A stretch of 59,035 nucleotides of DNA, from NCBI GenBank assembly GCA_035620415.1, contig DASPGV010000067.1, forward strand, positions 1-59,035, in the 5' to 3' direction. Every line of letters starts with the position of its first letter. Within the stretch, counting starts at the first letter, position 1. Under the pieces are notes generated by a model. That model ran no database searches. It was not told the origin of the DNA and saw nothing but the letters and a program-made list of their open reading frames with translations. This document shows, piece after piece, positions 45,784 through 55,425 of the stretch. This DNA comes from Nitrososphaera sp. GTDB lineage: Archaea; Thermoproteota; Nitrososphaeria; Nitrososphaerales; Nitrososphaeraceae. Both the position numbers and the translations under genes were made by a program.

Positions 45784-46574
45784 ATCCTGCCGCCCAGCGC
45801 CGCGACTTCTTTTTCTATTGTTTTCGCTATCGCGTCGAGCCGCTTCATCACTTCCTTCTTGTCGGCGCCGCGCGATATCAGCTGCACCCTTATCTGCGGC
45901 GTCTTTCTCCTGTAATAGCCCCGCGGGTGCGTCTTAAGGTAGATCCCGTCCCTGGGGTACGAGCCGACTATTCTCAGCAGCGCCGGGGCTATCATCGCTT
46001 CAGTCACCCCTCTCACGCTGTAGTTGACCTCCCGCGCGACAAACCTGCCAACGCCCTCCTTCACAAGAGGCAGGACGTGCTTCTCAAAAATCGCCTTCAT
46101 CTCGGACGGTACCCCCTGCAGGCAGAAGATTTTCGTCGCCCCGGCCTGATCCATCACCCCCGGCGCGCTGCCCACCAAATTCTGGATGGGGCTCGAGCCC
46201 TCCGGGATCTTTGCCATCTTTAGCCGCTCGTTTGTAAGCTCGTAGTGGAGCCTGCGGAACGTGTAGCTCTTTTTCAGCATCTCCACAGCGCGATCGTCAA
46301 GGATAATTTTCTTGCCGAGCGCAAGCGCCACGCCTTCAAGCGTCAGATCATCATAGGTCGCGCCAAGGCCGCCCGTCATCACCAAGATGTCGGGCCTTCT
46401 TGCAAGCGACTCTTTTACCGCGCCGGATATTTCTGCAAGGTCGTCGCGGACGACTGTGACGCGGCTCACCGTGCCGCCGGCGCCTGCAACTTGGATTGCG
46501 ATCCAGTGCGCGTTGGTGTTGAGCGTAATGCCGGAGAGGAGCTCGTTTCCCACGCACAGGATTTCGACTATCAT
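45777..46574 (-). CDS. CinA-like molybdopterin-binding domain protein
   Basis: GNELLSG...NTNA, V.DD, TGGLG.T.DD.T, G.APG, GVP.EM. Confidence 0.92.
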   Translation of the reverse strand: MIVEILCVGNELLSGITLNTNAHWIAIQVAGAGGTVSRVTVVRDDLAEISGAVKESLARRPDILVMTGGLGATYDDLTLEGVALALGKKIILDDRAVEMLKKSYTFRRLHYELTNERLKMAKIPEGSSPIQNLVGSAPGVMDQAGATKIFCLQGVPSEMKAIFEKHVLPLVKEGVGRFVAREVNYSVRGVTEAMIAPALLRIVGSYPRDGIYLKTHPRGYYRRKTPQIRVQLISRGADKKEVMKRLDAIAKTIEKEVAALGGRIC

Positions 46575-47236
46575 GCCTGAAAGGCCCTGCTCATCATGAT
46601 AAGCTCGGGGCCAGATGTAAGCGTGCCTACTATAACGTTCTTGCTGTTAGCCACTATGCCGGACGACAGAAACGGCATGCCGCCGTTCACGGTCACCACG
46701 TCTGCCGGAACCTGCAGCACTTCAGAAATCGACTTGACTTCTTCCTCGCTCGCTTTCGGGGTCACGCCGGCGCCGGCATTCGTCGCGACTATCATAGAGC
46801 CGGCCTGCACAAAACCCCCGACGGTCATCGAGTGCGCCGGCACTCCCAGCACGTCGCGCACCTGCCGGTCTATCTCGTCCCTGAAGAGCGGCGACACTAT
46901 GGCGCCGTTGTCGTTTGCACACACAAGGTTGCCGATGGCGGTGAACTTGCTGTCGACCCTCTCCACCCTGAGCTGGCTTGCCCGCCTTATCGCCTCCACC
47001 TCCTCGTCGGAAGCTATTGAGGGCAGCAGTATGCCGTTGTTGTTCATGACGCACATGGGCCCTAGGAGCCGGGTGCCTGCCACCGAGGCGCGCACCTCTC
47101 TCACCTGCAGGTACTCGGCGAGCTTTTCTCCCTTTGTGTCGGCAAAGCCGTGCGGGAGCAGGACAAGGCTGTCGTTTGCCTTGACGAATATGCCAATGTT
47201 GGGGCTCTTGTAAAAGGTGTAGCGGTATATCGCCAT
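46571..47236 (-). CDS. eif6: Translation initiation factor 6 (aIF6)
   Basis: PNIGIF, AGTRLLG...MNNNG, TAIGNL..AND.GA, TVNGG, TSGPEL. Confidence 0.96.
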   Translation of the reverse strand: MAIYRYTFYKSPNIGIFVKANDSLVLLPHGFADTKGEKLAEYLQVREVRASVAGTRLLGPMCVMNNNGILLPSIASDEEVEAIRRASQLRVERVDSKFTAIGNLVCANDNGAIVSPLFRDEIDRQVRDVLGVPAHSMTVGGFVQAGSMIVATNAGAGVTPKASEEEVKSISEVLQVPADVVTVNGGMPFLSSGIVANSKNVIVGTLTSGPELIMMSRAFQA

Positions 47237-47355
47237 GAATTGTACACAGTTGCGAAATATCCTATATGGACTTATTGAATGGCCGTGTTGTCACATTCGC
47301 TACTAACAGAAAGGTTATTAGAAATGGCATTTGCTGCTAGTCAACCCGGCGGATT

Positions 47356-49338
47356 ATGCAACAAGACGTGCTTGAAAGACCAGCCAAGTCGTACATGCAG
47401 AGAGAGTTCGTTTCAGTAGAGGAGAGTGCTACTGTATCAACCGCCGTTGAGCAGATGCAGTCACAGAAGGTGGAATCACTGATAGTGACAAGGAGCGGAC
47501 TGGCAGTGGGGATCGTGACAAACAGCGATGTGGTAGAAAAGGTGGTGTTAAAGGGCGATGACTCTCGCTATGTTGCGCTCAAATCGATCATGTCCTCCCC
47601 GCTTGTGACAATGTCATCGGCTGGAACTGTAAAACAGGCACTACAGCTGATGCGGGTTAACAGGATAAAACGAATCCTAGTGACCGATAATACTGGGATA
47701 ATAGGCATTGTCACTCAGAGCTCGCTCGCAGACGCCGTCAGCAAGTCTGTCTTGGAAAGGACGCTAGACCTTGCTAAGCGCACGTTCAGGATGCGCTACA
47801 AGCCGGTGTTGGGCAACCTCGGCGTATTGCTACAGTTTTCAGCAGTGCTTCTGGTGGTGCCGGCCCTTGTTGGCACGGCGCTAGGAGAGGCCGGCAGCAT
47901 AACCGGCGTCTACCTCGAGGTGGTAGGGCTCTCGTTCACCGGCTTCTTCCTGATGGCTTACGGCGAGAAGGGCCAGATGAACCTGAAGCAGGCTTCAATC
48001 TTTATCGTGGCAAGCTTTATCGTCATGTCGCTCTTTGGATCATTGCCGTACATTTACCTGAACCCGTTTGCGGCTGGGATAGACGCCAGCTCCCTCTTTG
48101 TCAATAGTCTGTTTGAAAGCGCTTCCGGCTTTACGACGACCGGCCTGACAATGATAACGCAACCGGAGAATCTGCCCCCGAGCTTCGACTTTTACAGATC
48201 TTACACGCAGTGGGTCGGCGGCCTGTCGTTCGTCTATCTGGTGATGATACTGTTCTTCCCGGAGGAGAGGCTGAGCGCATGGAAGAGCGTTCTCGGCGGC
48301 GGGATGCTCCGCTTCAAGGAGTTCATCGTGACACTCGTCGTCATATTCTCAGTCTACACGGTAATATTGGTGCTGCTCCTGATACTGACAGGCCAGATAG
48401 CCAACATCTACGCCGTGTCCGCGGTCTTTTCCACCATTACAGGAGGCGGGTTTTCACCAACATCGACCTTTATCTCGCCGGGAAATGTATGGTTCTTGGT
48501 GATAACTAGCGCCGGCATGATACTCTCGGCGCTCCCGTTCGCGTTCCACTACTACATCTTTAGCAGGCGTGGACTTGTCACAAAAAAAACGCTCGGGCCG
48601 GAGGTCACGGCGTACCTGGTCATGATGGCCGCAGCAGTGCCGGTGTTCTACTTGCTGGCAGGCATCGACATGGAGGCGGCTGCATTCCATGTGATAAGCA
48701 CCTCGACCAACTCGGGCTTCCAGTACATCGATGTCGGGTCCATATCGCCGGCGGCGAAGATATTCATGATAGCCCTGATGCTGGTCGGCGGAACTGCGTT
48801 TTCAACTGCGGGCGGCATCAAGGTGGGCCGGTTCGTGATCCTGTACCAAGAGTTTTCGAAGAGGATAGGGATGAGGAGGACTGAAATGCAGGAGTCCAAC
48901 TTGGTGCACGAAGCCTACAGCTCGATCTCCTCTACTGCCAACCCGCACAGGAGCGAGGACAGCAGCATGCTGGACCGGCTCCGCGACGACTACCGCACCC
49001 GCGACTTTCGCGAAATAATGCAAAAGCAAGGCGAGCTCCTGCAGGTAATAAAGGAGGTGATCGGGATCAAGATCGTGCGCGAAATCCTGATCGTGATCGG
49101 GCTTTTCATCAGCATTTCGATCCTGACCGGCTCGGTCCTGAGCTACACCACCGGCAGGGACCTTGCAGATGGCATATTCGAATCGGTTTCAGCATTGTCC
49201 ACCACCGGCCTCTCCACCGGCATAACGTCGCTTGCGCTCGACCCGTTTTCAAAGCTGATGCTGGTTGCGAACATGATAACCGGCAGGTTCGAGATAATAG
49301 CGATCCTGTACATATTCTTCAGCGCGCTGCGGAAATAG
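47356..49338 (+). CDS. trkH: TrkH-family K+ transporter fused to an N-terminal CBS pair
   Basis: CBS pair (about aa 1-130); pore loops SGFTTTG, TGGGF, TNSGF, STTGL; STAGGIK; GRFEI. Confidence 0.92.
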   Translation: MQQDVLERPAKSYMQREFVSVEESATVSTAVEQMQSQKVESLIVTRSGLAVGIVTNSDVVEKVVLKGDDSRYVALKSIMSSPLVTMSSAGTVKQALQLMRVNRIKRILVTDNTGIIGIVTQSSLADAVSKSVLERTLDLAKRTFRMRYKPVLGNLGVLLQFSAVLLVVPALVGTALGEAGSITGVYLEVVGLSFTGFFLMAYGEKGQMNLKQASIFIVASFIVMSLFGSLPYIYLNPFAAGIDASSLFVNSLFESASGFTTTGLTMITQPENLPPSFDFYRSYTQWVGGLSFVYLVMILFFPEERLSAWKSVLGGGMLRFKEFIVTLVVIFSVYTVILVLLLILTGQIANIYAVSAVFSTITGGGFSPTSTFISPGNVWFLVITSAGMILSALPFAFHYYIFSRRGLVTKKTLGPEVTAYLVMMAAAVPVFYLLAGIDMEAAAFHVISTSTNSGFQYIDVGSISPAAKIFMIALMLVGGTAFSTAGGIKVGRFVILYQEFSKRIGMRRTEMQESNLVHEAYSSISSTANPHRSEDSSMLDRLRDDYRTRDFREIMQKQGELLQVIKEVIGIKIVREILIVIGLFISISILTGSVLSYTTGRDLADGIFESVSALSTTGLSTGITSLALDPFSKLMLVANMITGRFEIIAILYIFFSALRK

Positions 49339-49509
49339 TCAGGCGTCCGCAACTACAGGAGCTGCCCTTTCCGCCCATTCGATTGCAGGGTGGCACTCGT
49401 AGCAGTAGCCGCACGTCAGGCACACGAGGCTCTTGCGCTCGCCGCAGTACTTACACTCCCTGTACAGCGGCCCTGCCGGGCGCAGGAATTCGTGTGGCTG
49501 CCTTGCCAT
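49339..49509 (-). CDS. Small Cys-rich Zn-finger protein (56 aa), not in ORF track
   Basis: MARQPHEFLRPAGPLYRECKYCGERKSLVCLTCGYCYECHPAIEWAERAAPVVADA. Confidence 0.8.
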   Translation of the reverse strand: MARQPHEFLRPAGPLYRECKYCGERKSLVCLTCGYCYECHPAIEWAERAAPVVADA

Positions 49510-49595
49510 GCAGTTGAAAGCGCGCCGGGAGGTATTAAGCTGGGGGAATGCAAGCTAGTGCACTGCACTTATAGGCGCCAGCACGCAATTATGGC

Positions 49596-49886
49596 ATGGA
49601 GCAGTTCCTTTACCTTGACATCGGCGGCTGGAAGACCGGCAGGCGCCACAGGATAGAAATCTGGTTCGTAGAGTATGGCGGCAAATACTAAGTAATGTCG
49701 GAGGGCGGCGAGCGGGCCCACTGGGTCCGGAATATAATGCACAGCACGCGTGTTTCGTTCAGCGTGGCCGGCAGCAGCTTTTCCGGCTCTGCCAAGGTGA
49801 TCAAGAAAGGAAATGCAGAAGTGAAAAAGCTGATGGAGAAGTACGGGTGGAACTCGGGGCTCATCGTCGAGCTAGCGCCGGGATGA
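49596..49886 (+). pseudogene. Deazaflavin (F420)-dependent nitroreductase-like gene with in-frame TAA at 49689
   Basis: MEQFLYL...GWKTGRRH.IEIWFV..GGKY*VMSE...AHWVRNI matches the DDN-like pattern across the stop. Confidence 0.75.
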
Positions 49887-49927
49887 CAGCAGTGTTTATT
49901 ACGCTCCCTCAAATTATGGAGACCTAG

Positions 49928-50863
49928 ATGCCCAACCCCTTCTACGATCAGGACATTGTCTCGATAAAGGACTTTGCCAAGGATGACTTGGAGTACATCT
50001 TCGAGTCGACCGACGTGATAAGCAGGCTAAAGCACGCGGAGAGGGGCGAGCTGGGCAAGGGCAGGACGCTAGGCTACATATTCTACGAGCCGTCGACCCG
50101 AACAAGGATGAGCTTTGAAGCCGCGATGGCGTCATTGGGAGGCAGCTCGATCGGCATTGCGGATTTAAAGTCCTCGTCGGTGGAAAAGGGCGAGAGCCTT
50201 GCCGACACTATAAGGATAATCGACCTTTATTCGGACGTTATAGTGCTCAGGCACCCGATGGACGGCTCGAGCAGGTTTGCCGCGGAACTGTCGCAGAACC
50301 CCATCATAAACGCCGGGAGCGGCAGTGAAGAACATCCGACGCAGGCGCTGCTCGATCTGTACACGATGCTGAAGGAGAAGGGCAGGATCGACGGGCTCTC
50401 GATAGCGATCATCGGCGACCTGAAGTACGGTAGGACAGTATACTCGCTATTGTACGGCCTTGCCAACTATGACGTGGACATACACCTCGTGTCGCCGCCC
50501 TCCCTGCAGGTGAGGAAGGAGTCGATCTATGAAATGCAGGGCAGGATGAAGATAAAGGAGCACGGCGAGCTCGACGACGTGCTGCCGGAGGCGGATGTCA
50601 TCTACGTCACCAGGATACAGCGCGAGCGATTCCCCGACGTGCAGGAGTACGAAAAGGTCAAGGGCACGTATACCATCGACGAAAAGACGCTTGCAAAGGC
50701 AAAGAAGGACGTAGCTGTGATGCACCCGCTGCCAAGGCTTGACGAGATCTCGCACACCATTGATCACACCAAGAACGCGATATACTTCAAGCAGGCGTCC
50801 TACGGCAAGGAGCTGCGGGCCGCGCTGCTGGCACTCATGCTGAACGAAAGTCTGCCGGCATAA
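49928..50863 (+). CDS. pyrB: Aspartate carbamoyltransferase catalytic subunit
   Basis: FYEPSTRT, KGESL.DT, HPTQ, GDLKYGRTV, TRIQ.ER, MHPLPR. Confidence 0.98.
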   Translation: MPNPFYDQDIVSIKDFAKDDLEYIFESTDVISRLKHAERGELGKGRTLGYIFYEPSTRTRMSFEAAMASLGGSSIGIADLKSSSVEKGESLADTIRIIDLYSDVIVLRHPMDGSSRFAAELSQNPIINAGSGSEEHPTQALLDLYTMLKEKGRIDGLSIAIIGDLKYGRTVYSLLYGLANYDVDIHLVSPPSLQVRKESIYEMQGRMKIKEHGELDDVLPEADVIYVTRIQRERFPDVQEYEKVKGTYTIDEKTLAKAKKDVAVMHPLPRLDEISHTIDHTKNAIYFKQASYGKELRAALLALMLNESLPA

Positions 50864-50909
50864 CCGGTGGCCGCAACAGCGTTATTACTCGAAAACCATG
50901 CCTTGAGAT

Positions 50910-51332
50910 ATGGCTGTTAGCACGAGCATCATCACTCTAAAGTCAAATGGGGAAAACGACATGATCGACATCACGGGCCAGATCGCCGAGGCCGTCAGGG
51001 CCGGCGGCTTCCGGGACGGGATCGCCACAGTCTTTGTCTCCGGGTCGACCGCGGCTGTGACGACCATAGAATACGAGCCGGGGCTGAGGAAGGACTTTCC
51101 CGGCATGCTTGAGAGGGTCGCGCCAAAAGGGACGGAGTACGAGCACGACAACACTTGGCACGATGGCAACGGCCACTCGCACGTCCGCGCGTCGCTAGTC
51201 GGGCCGAGCCTGACCGTGCCGTTCAAGGACGGCCGCCTTACGCTAGGCACGTGGCAGCAGATAGTGCTGGTGGAGATGGACATCAGGCCGCGGGAGCGCA
51301 AGGTCGTCCTGCAGATGATTGGCGAGAGCTAG
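50910..51332 (+). CDS. yjbQ: YjbQ/UPF0047 family protein
   Basis: HD....DGNGHSH.RASL.G, LGTWQ. Confidence 0.93.
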   Translation: MAVSTSIITLKSNGENDMIDITGQIAEAVRAGGFRDGIATVFVSGSTAAVTTIEYEPGLRKDFPGMLERVAPKGTEYEHDNTWHDGNGHSHVRASLVGPSLTVPFKDGRLTLGTWQQIVLVEMDIRPRERKVVLQMIGES

Positions 51333-52156
51333 ACGCTGGTCAGCTCTTCGCTTATCTTCCAGAGCCTGACGGCCGACTGCATGTCCTGCGCCTCTGCCGA
51401 CGGCTCGGCCACCTCCCTCTTGACGAAATACTTGCCGGATATTCCTTCCACATCGGGGGAAGAGGCAAGGTAGATGCCCGTGTCAGCCCCCTTCTCAGGG
51501 GTCAGAAAGAACGAGCCGGCGGCGTTCCAGACCAGCCGGTAGTGCCAGGGGTTGCCCTGCAGGAGGTTCGTCCGCACGGCGCCGGGGTGGAAGCAGTTTG
51601 CCGCGACGCCGGTCCCCTCCAGCCGCGCCGCCAGCTCTTTTGTGAACAGTATGTTTGCAAGCTTTGACTGCGCGTACGCCTTTATGCCACTGTAGGATCT
51701 GTTTTCAAACTGGATGTCGTCAAAGTCTATCCGCGCGCCCCTGTGGGCGACAGAGCTCGTGGTTATGATCCTTGCCGCGCTGCTCGCCCTGATGACGTCC
51801 ATCAGCAGGTTTGTCAATAGAAAAGGGGCAAGGTGGTTGACCGCAAGTGTGTACTCTATGCCGTCAACAGTCGTTGTGCGCTTGGCAAGGAAGACCCCGG
51901 CGTTGTTGACAAGTATGTCCAGCCGCCGGTGCGACTCGGAAAATTCCCTTGCAAGCTGCCGAACCGACGCCTGCGAGGATAGGTCGGCTACGAGGTAGGA
52001 AGACCCGCCGATCTCGCGCAGCGCTGATTCGCACTTGGTCTTGCTGCGCCCAACCAGCACCACGGTGGCGCCCATCGCTGCGAGGCCGGCCGCAATCTCT
52101 CTGCCGATCCCGGAGGTGGCGCCTGTGACGAGGCAGGTCCTGCCCTCAAGCGTCAT
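51329..52156 (-). CDS. Short-chain dehydrogenase/reductase (retinol dehydrogenase-like)
   Basis: TGATSGIG, NNAG, VNHL, YAQSK, HPG.V.T. Confidence 0.95.
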   Translation of the reverse strand: MTLEGRTCLVTGATSGIGREIAAGLAAMGATVVLVGRSKTKCESALREIGGSSYLVADLSSQASVRQLAREFSESHRRLDILVNNAGVFLAKRTTTVDGIEYTLAVNHLAPFLLTNLLMDVIRASSAARIITTSSVAHRGARIDFDDIQFENRSYSGIKAYAQSKLANILFTKELAARLEGTGVAANCFHPGAVRTNLLQGNPWHYRLVWNAAGSFFLTPEKGADTGIYLASSPDVEGISGKYFVKREVAEPSAEAQDMQSAVRLWKISEELTSV

Positions 52157-52196
52157 CGGATCATCCCCGGATGCTCCTGGTATACAAGCCTGCCTG

Positions 52197-53160
52197 TCAG
52201 ACACGGAACAAAGATGCTCTGGTAACGACTATGATCAAGGCAAACAGTCCCGCTATAGTCGCAAATATGCCGGCCGGAAATTCCGGGGTAACCTGAATCG
52301 GTATGCTGATATTTTCGCCTTCATGTTCTATCTCTTCAATAGCCAGGACATACGATCCCCTCTTCAAGAAAAACAAAAGTGTAATCATGCGAAAAATCCT
52401 CATTCTACAACGCTTCGTTTCCCGTAAGCTCGGCAGGCCTCAGAGACTTGTCGCCCTTGTAGATCTTGATGTCGTACCTAACGTGCAGCAAAGATCTGGG
52501 CTCAAGCTGGTTCGCATCAAACACCTCTACGTGGAACTTGTTTGGCTGGCCAAGGTCGACAGGCGTCCATGCTATCCTTGCTTCAAACGAGTTCCGGGGC
52601 CCGTCGCTGACAGCCGTCAAAATAGCGGGCGCCTCGCCTGCAGGCTGGCCTTCACTTTCTGCCGGAGGCTGCTGCATTATAACTCCGATCTTGTTGTTGC
52701 TGTTGTTCGGGAACCAGACATTCCCTCCATCGTCAGAATAAATGAACCGAATGGCCGTTCTTGGAGTCGGCAGTTCGTACTCGTGCATCGTGCCGGCATT
52801 CTGGTCAAACTTGCCCACCTTGAACGCGCCGGTCATGCTGAACCACATGTTGTCGTAAATGTCGACCCGGATCGCATACGGGCGGGAGGACTGGAGATGG
52901 TATCGTATTCCCTGAATTCCTCTGTCTCCGGGTCAAAGCTGCCTAACTTGGCCGCTTTGTACTCTATGAACCACAGTTTGCCCTGACTGTCTATCGCGAT
53001 CCTCCTCGTTCCGCTGTTTTCTGTCGGGGTGGGATAATCTGTTATCCTTCCCGTGCCTGCGTCCACCCTGCCTATCCTGTGGCCGGTAAGCGCTGCGTAC
53101 TAGGCGTTGCCTTTAGCATCTACAATTATGCCATAGGGCGACGAATTCGGGGTAGCCGTT
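52197..53160 (-). pseudogene. Vgb-like (virginiamycin B lyase) beta-propeller surface protein remnant with PEF-CTERM tail
   Basis: Blades PYGI.VD..GN, RRIAIDSQGKLWF, SDDGGNVWF; two in-frame TAG stops, two frameshifts, 5' truncated; TPEFP + TM tail. Confidence 0.8.
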
Positions 53161-53180
53161 TTGAGCCCGCGGCCGCAGAC

Positions 53181-54407
53181 CTACCGGATGTTGCACTCAA
53201 CCTTCGTGCCGAGGATGAAGAACGACACGGCTGCGAGCACCGCGGCGGTCGCGCCAAACGACACGAGCCAGTTGCCGGTGAACGCGGCTATCAGGTAGCC
53301 CACAAAGAGCGGCCCGATCACCAGCCCAAGGTCGCCCACCATCCTGTTGATCCCGATGCCCCGGGTCACGTGCGACTGCACGCCGAAGGCCGGGCCTGCG
53401 CTAGCCGCCTTCCTCTTCACCTTCTCCTCTATCTGCTCCGCGGCCCACGCGATGGACTGGCCAAAGAATCCGGATGTCACGCCAATGAGCGTCATTATGA
53501 CAAGCAGAAGCAGCATCGACCCTGCAAGCGGGATAATTGCGACCAGCGCCGCCGACGACAGTATCGCGGCAAAGAGCGGCCTCTGCATTCCGAACATCTG
53601 CGTGAGCCGTCCGGAAAAGAAGGAGCTGGCGAGGTTTGCAAGCGCTGCCATAGTCAGGATCAAGCCCACGTCAAACACGGACAGCTCTAGGCCGCCGTAG
53701 GCAAAGAGGGGCATTCCGGTGGTGTAGGTGCCGGCCCGGAGGAACGTAAAGCCAAACGTGGCGATTGCAGCGGTGTTGAGGTAGACTGCAAGATTGACAT
53801 GCCTGCCGCCCTCTTGCCCAGCTGCATGCTGGACTTTGAACTGCCCCCGGTAGTTCAGGACCGCGATGATGGCAAGCGCTGCAAGGGCCATCGCGGCAAA
53901 CGCAAAGTAGGGCGCGTTGTACCCGAAAAACTCTGCGACTGGAGCGCCGGCAACCGGGCCCACTATGGGACCGGTCATCAGTATCGACTGGTAGCTCCCG
54001 ATGCTTGCTCCACGCTTTGCCGCGTCGGACGACAGGAGCACGTAGGCTATGGCCGCGCTGACATAGATCGACGAGCCGACGCCCTCGAGAACCCTTGCTG
54101 AAAGGAGCACCCAGTAGCTCGGGGCGAGCCCTGCAAGCGTCGAAGCTCCCACCAGTATTCCAAGGCCTAGGATCATGGTTCTCCCCATACCCAGCCTGTC
54201 GGCGAGGAATCCGGCCGGAACGTCAAATACAAGCCGGCCGATTGCAAAGCCGGCAATGACGGCGCCCACAAGGAACTCGTCCGCGCCGATCCCCTGCGCG
54301 TAGAGTGGGAGCGAAGGCGTGACCATGCTCGAGCCCATCATGACGACGAGGGAGACCAGCGAAGGGGCCACGATGTTTGGCTGGATGCCGGTAAACTGTC
54401 TTAGCAT
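53181..54407 (-). CDS. MFS transporter
   Basis: About 12 TM helices, G.LADRLG motif A. Confidence 0.93.
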   Translation of the reverse strand: MLRQFTGIQPNIVAPSLVSLVVMMGSSMVTPSLPLYAQGIGADEFLVGAVIAGFAIGRLVFDVPAGFLADRLGMGRTMILGLGILVGASTLAGLAPSYWVLLSARVLEGVGSSIYVSAAIAYVLLSSDAAKRGASIGSYQSILMTGPIVGPVAGAPVAEFFGYNAPYFAFAAMALAALAIIAVLNYRGQFKVQHAAGQEGGRHVNLAVYLNTAAIATFGFTFLRAGTYTTGMPLFAYGGLELSVFDVGLILTMAALANLASSFFSGRLTQMFGMQRPLFAAILSSAALVAIIPLAGSMLLLLVIMTLIGVTSGFFGQSIAWAAEQIEEKVKRKAASAGPAFGVQSHVTRGIGINRMVGDLGLVIGPLFVGYLIAAFTGNWLVSFGATAAVLAAVSFFILGTKVECNIR

Positions 54408-54457
54408 AAAGCGGGACGCAATGGCAGCTCTGCAAAACGACTAATTTACGTTTGCAA

Positions 54458-54655
54458 TCAGCGAAATAGCGAAGTAAAGTTGAGGAAGCGCCTGCCTATC
54501 TCCTCGTTGACCTCTGCAGTTGTTGTTTCGTTCAGGTTCTGGACGCCGACTCCCTGCAACATGTTCATGCGCGCAAGGATCGAAATGGCAAACATCGACA
54601 CCAGAATGGCCGCCGCAATCGCAGTCATCACCCGGAGCGCGCTCCTGTCGTCCAT
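54458..54655 (-). CDS. Small single-TM protein
   Basis: N-terminal hydrophobic helix. Confidence 0.55.
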   Translation of the reverse strand: MDDRSALRVMTAIAAAILVSMFAISILARMNMLQGVGVQNLNETTTAEVNEEIGRRFLNFTSLFR

Positions 54656-54744
54656 GGAGCAGCATCAGCTTCATCGCATTAATCCCAGATGCAGTGGGGC
54701 TCTGGAATAATCTTCCCGGCGTCAGATAAATAACATGCTGGGCA

Positions 54745-54915
54745 ATGGTAGGCATGTCGGTGTCGCTCTGGAACGACCGGGCGGAGGTCCTCAGGTTCCA
54801 CTGCACCGTCTGCCACCACGAGTCCGGAAGGGACTGCATCGAGCAGAGGTGCGACTGCTGCTCGGTAGACCACGCCTTTGCGCTTATGAACGCCGGGTTT
54901 GAAAAAGTGCCGTAA
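54745..54915 (+). CDS. Small Cys/His-rich metal-binding protein (56 aa), not in ORF track
   Basis: MVGMSVSLWNDRAEVLRFHCTVCHHESGRDCIEQRCDCCSVDHAFALMNAGFEKVP. Confidence 0.7.
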   Translation: MVGMSVSLWNDRAEVLRFHCTVCHHESGRDCIEQRCDCCSVDHAFALMNAGFEKVP

Positions 54916-54956
54916 ATGCAATACTCTCATAAATATGGATGTGCATTATAGTGTGG

Positions 54957-55382
54957 ATGGAAGCATCCCTGGTAGCTAGGATAAACGGCCGGCGCGTGAT
55001 CATTGACGCGTGCGTGTCAAGGGACCTGGCAAGCAGCCTGAGGAACAGCGGGTTTGTCGTCAGGCACGTGGCCGAGATCGATTCCTCGCTGGGGGACCAC
55101 GAGATCGCAAAGATGATGCACGCCGATGAAGTGTTGATCACGCGCGACTACCGGTTCTACAGGATGCTGGGCGAGTCGAGGGCGATACTCCTTTCTTCGG
55201 AATCAAACAACATCGCAAGGGGCAAGCCCCGGAAGGCCAAGCCCGTGGTACGCAGGAAGAACAAGCTCCCGTCGCACATCCGGATCGCGCTGAGGGAGAA
55301 GCTGGCGGAGGAGGCGAGGTCGGGGCTGCTCTACCTGAAGATACTGTGGGGGATTTTGTGGCTGGCGCTGCCTGTGGCGTGA
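54957..55382 (+). CDS. PIN-like (DUF5615/Mut7-C type) protein
   Basis: IIDACV...LA..LR..G, D.EI, LITRD..F. Confidence 0.8.
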   Translation: MEASLVARINGRRVIIDACVSRDLASSLRNSGFVVRHVAEIDSSLGDHEIAKMMHADEVLITRDYRFYRMLGESRAILLSSESNNIARGKPRKAKPVVRRKNKLPSHIRIALREKLAEEARSGLLYLKILWGILWLALPVA

Positions 55383-55425
55383 TTGTGTAGGCTGCGCTCA
55401 GCCATGATGGTGGAGGAGAGCCGAG

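Noticed and set aside
49339-49509. CxxCH as a heme c attachment site (also in 4189-4326 and 54745-54915)
   Set aside because: No signal peptide, and the motif is part of larger Cys clusters more consistent with Zn binding
8408-49691. TAA recoding suggested by in-frame TAA at 8408, 23336 and 49689 (all followed by G)
   Set aside because: TAA ends many intact genes here (e.g. pyrB, tautomerase), and other pseudogenes carry TAG stops and frameshifts; ordinary decay explains it
52197-53160. Antibiotic-resistance gene (vgb)
   Set aside because: Only the generic propeller repeat is similar, and the gene is disrupted
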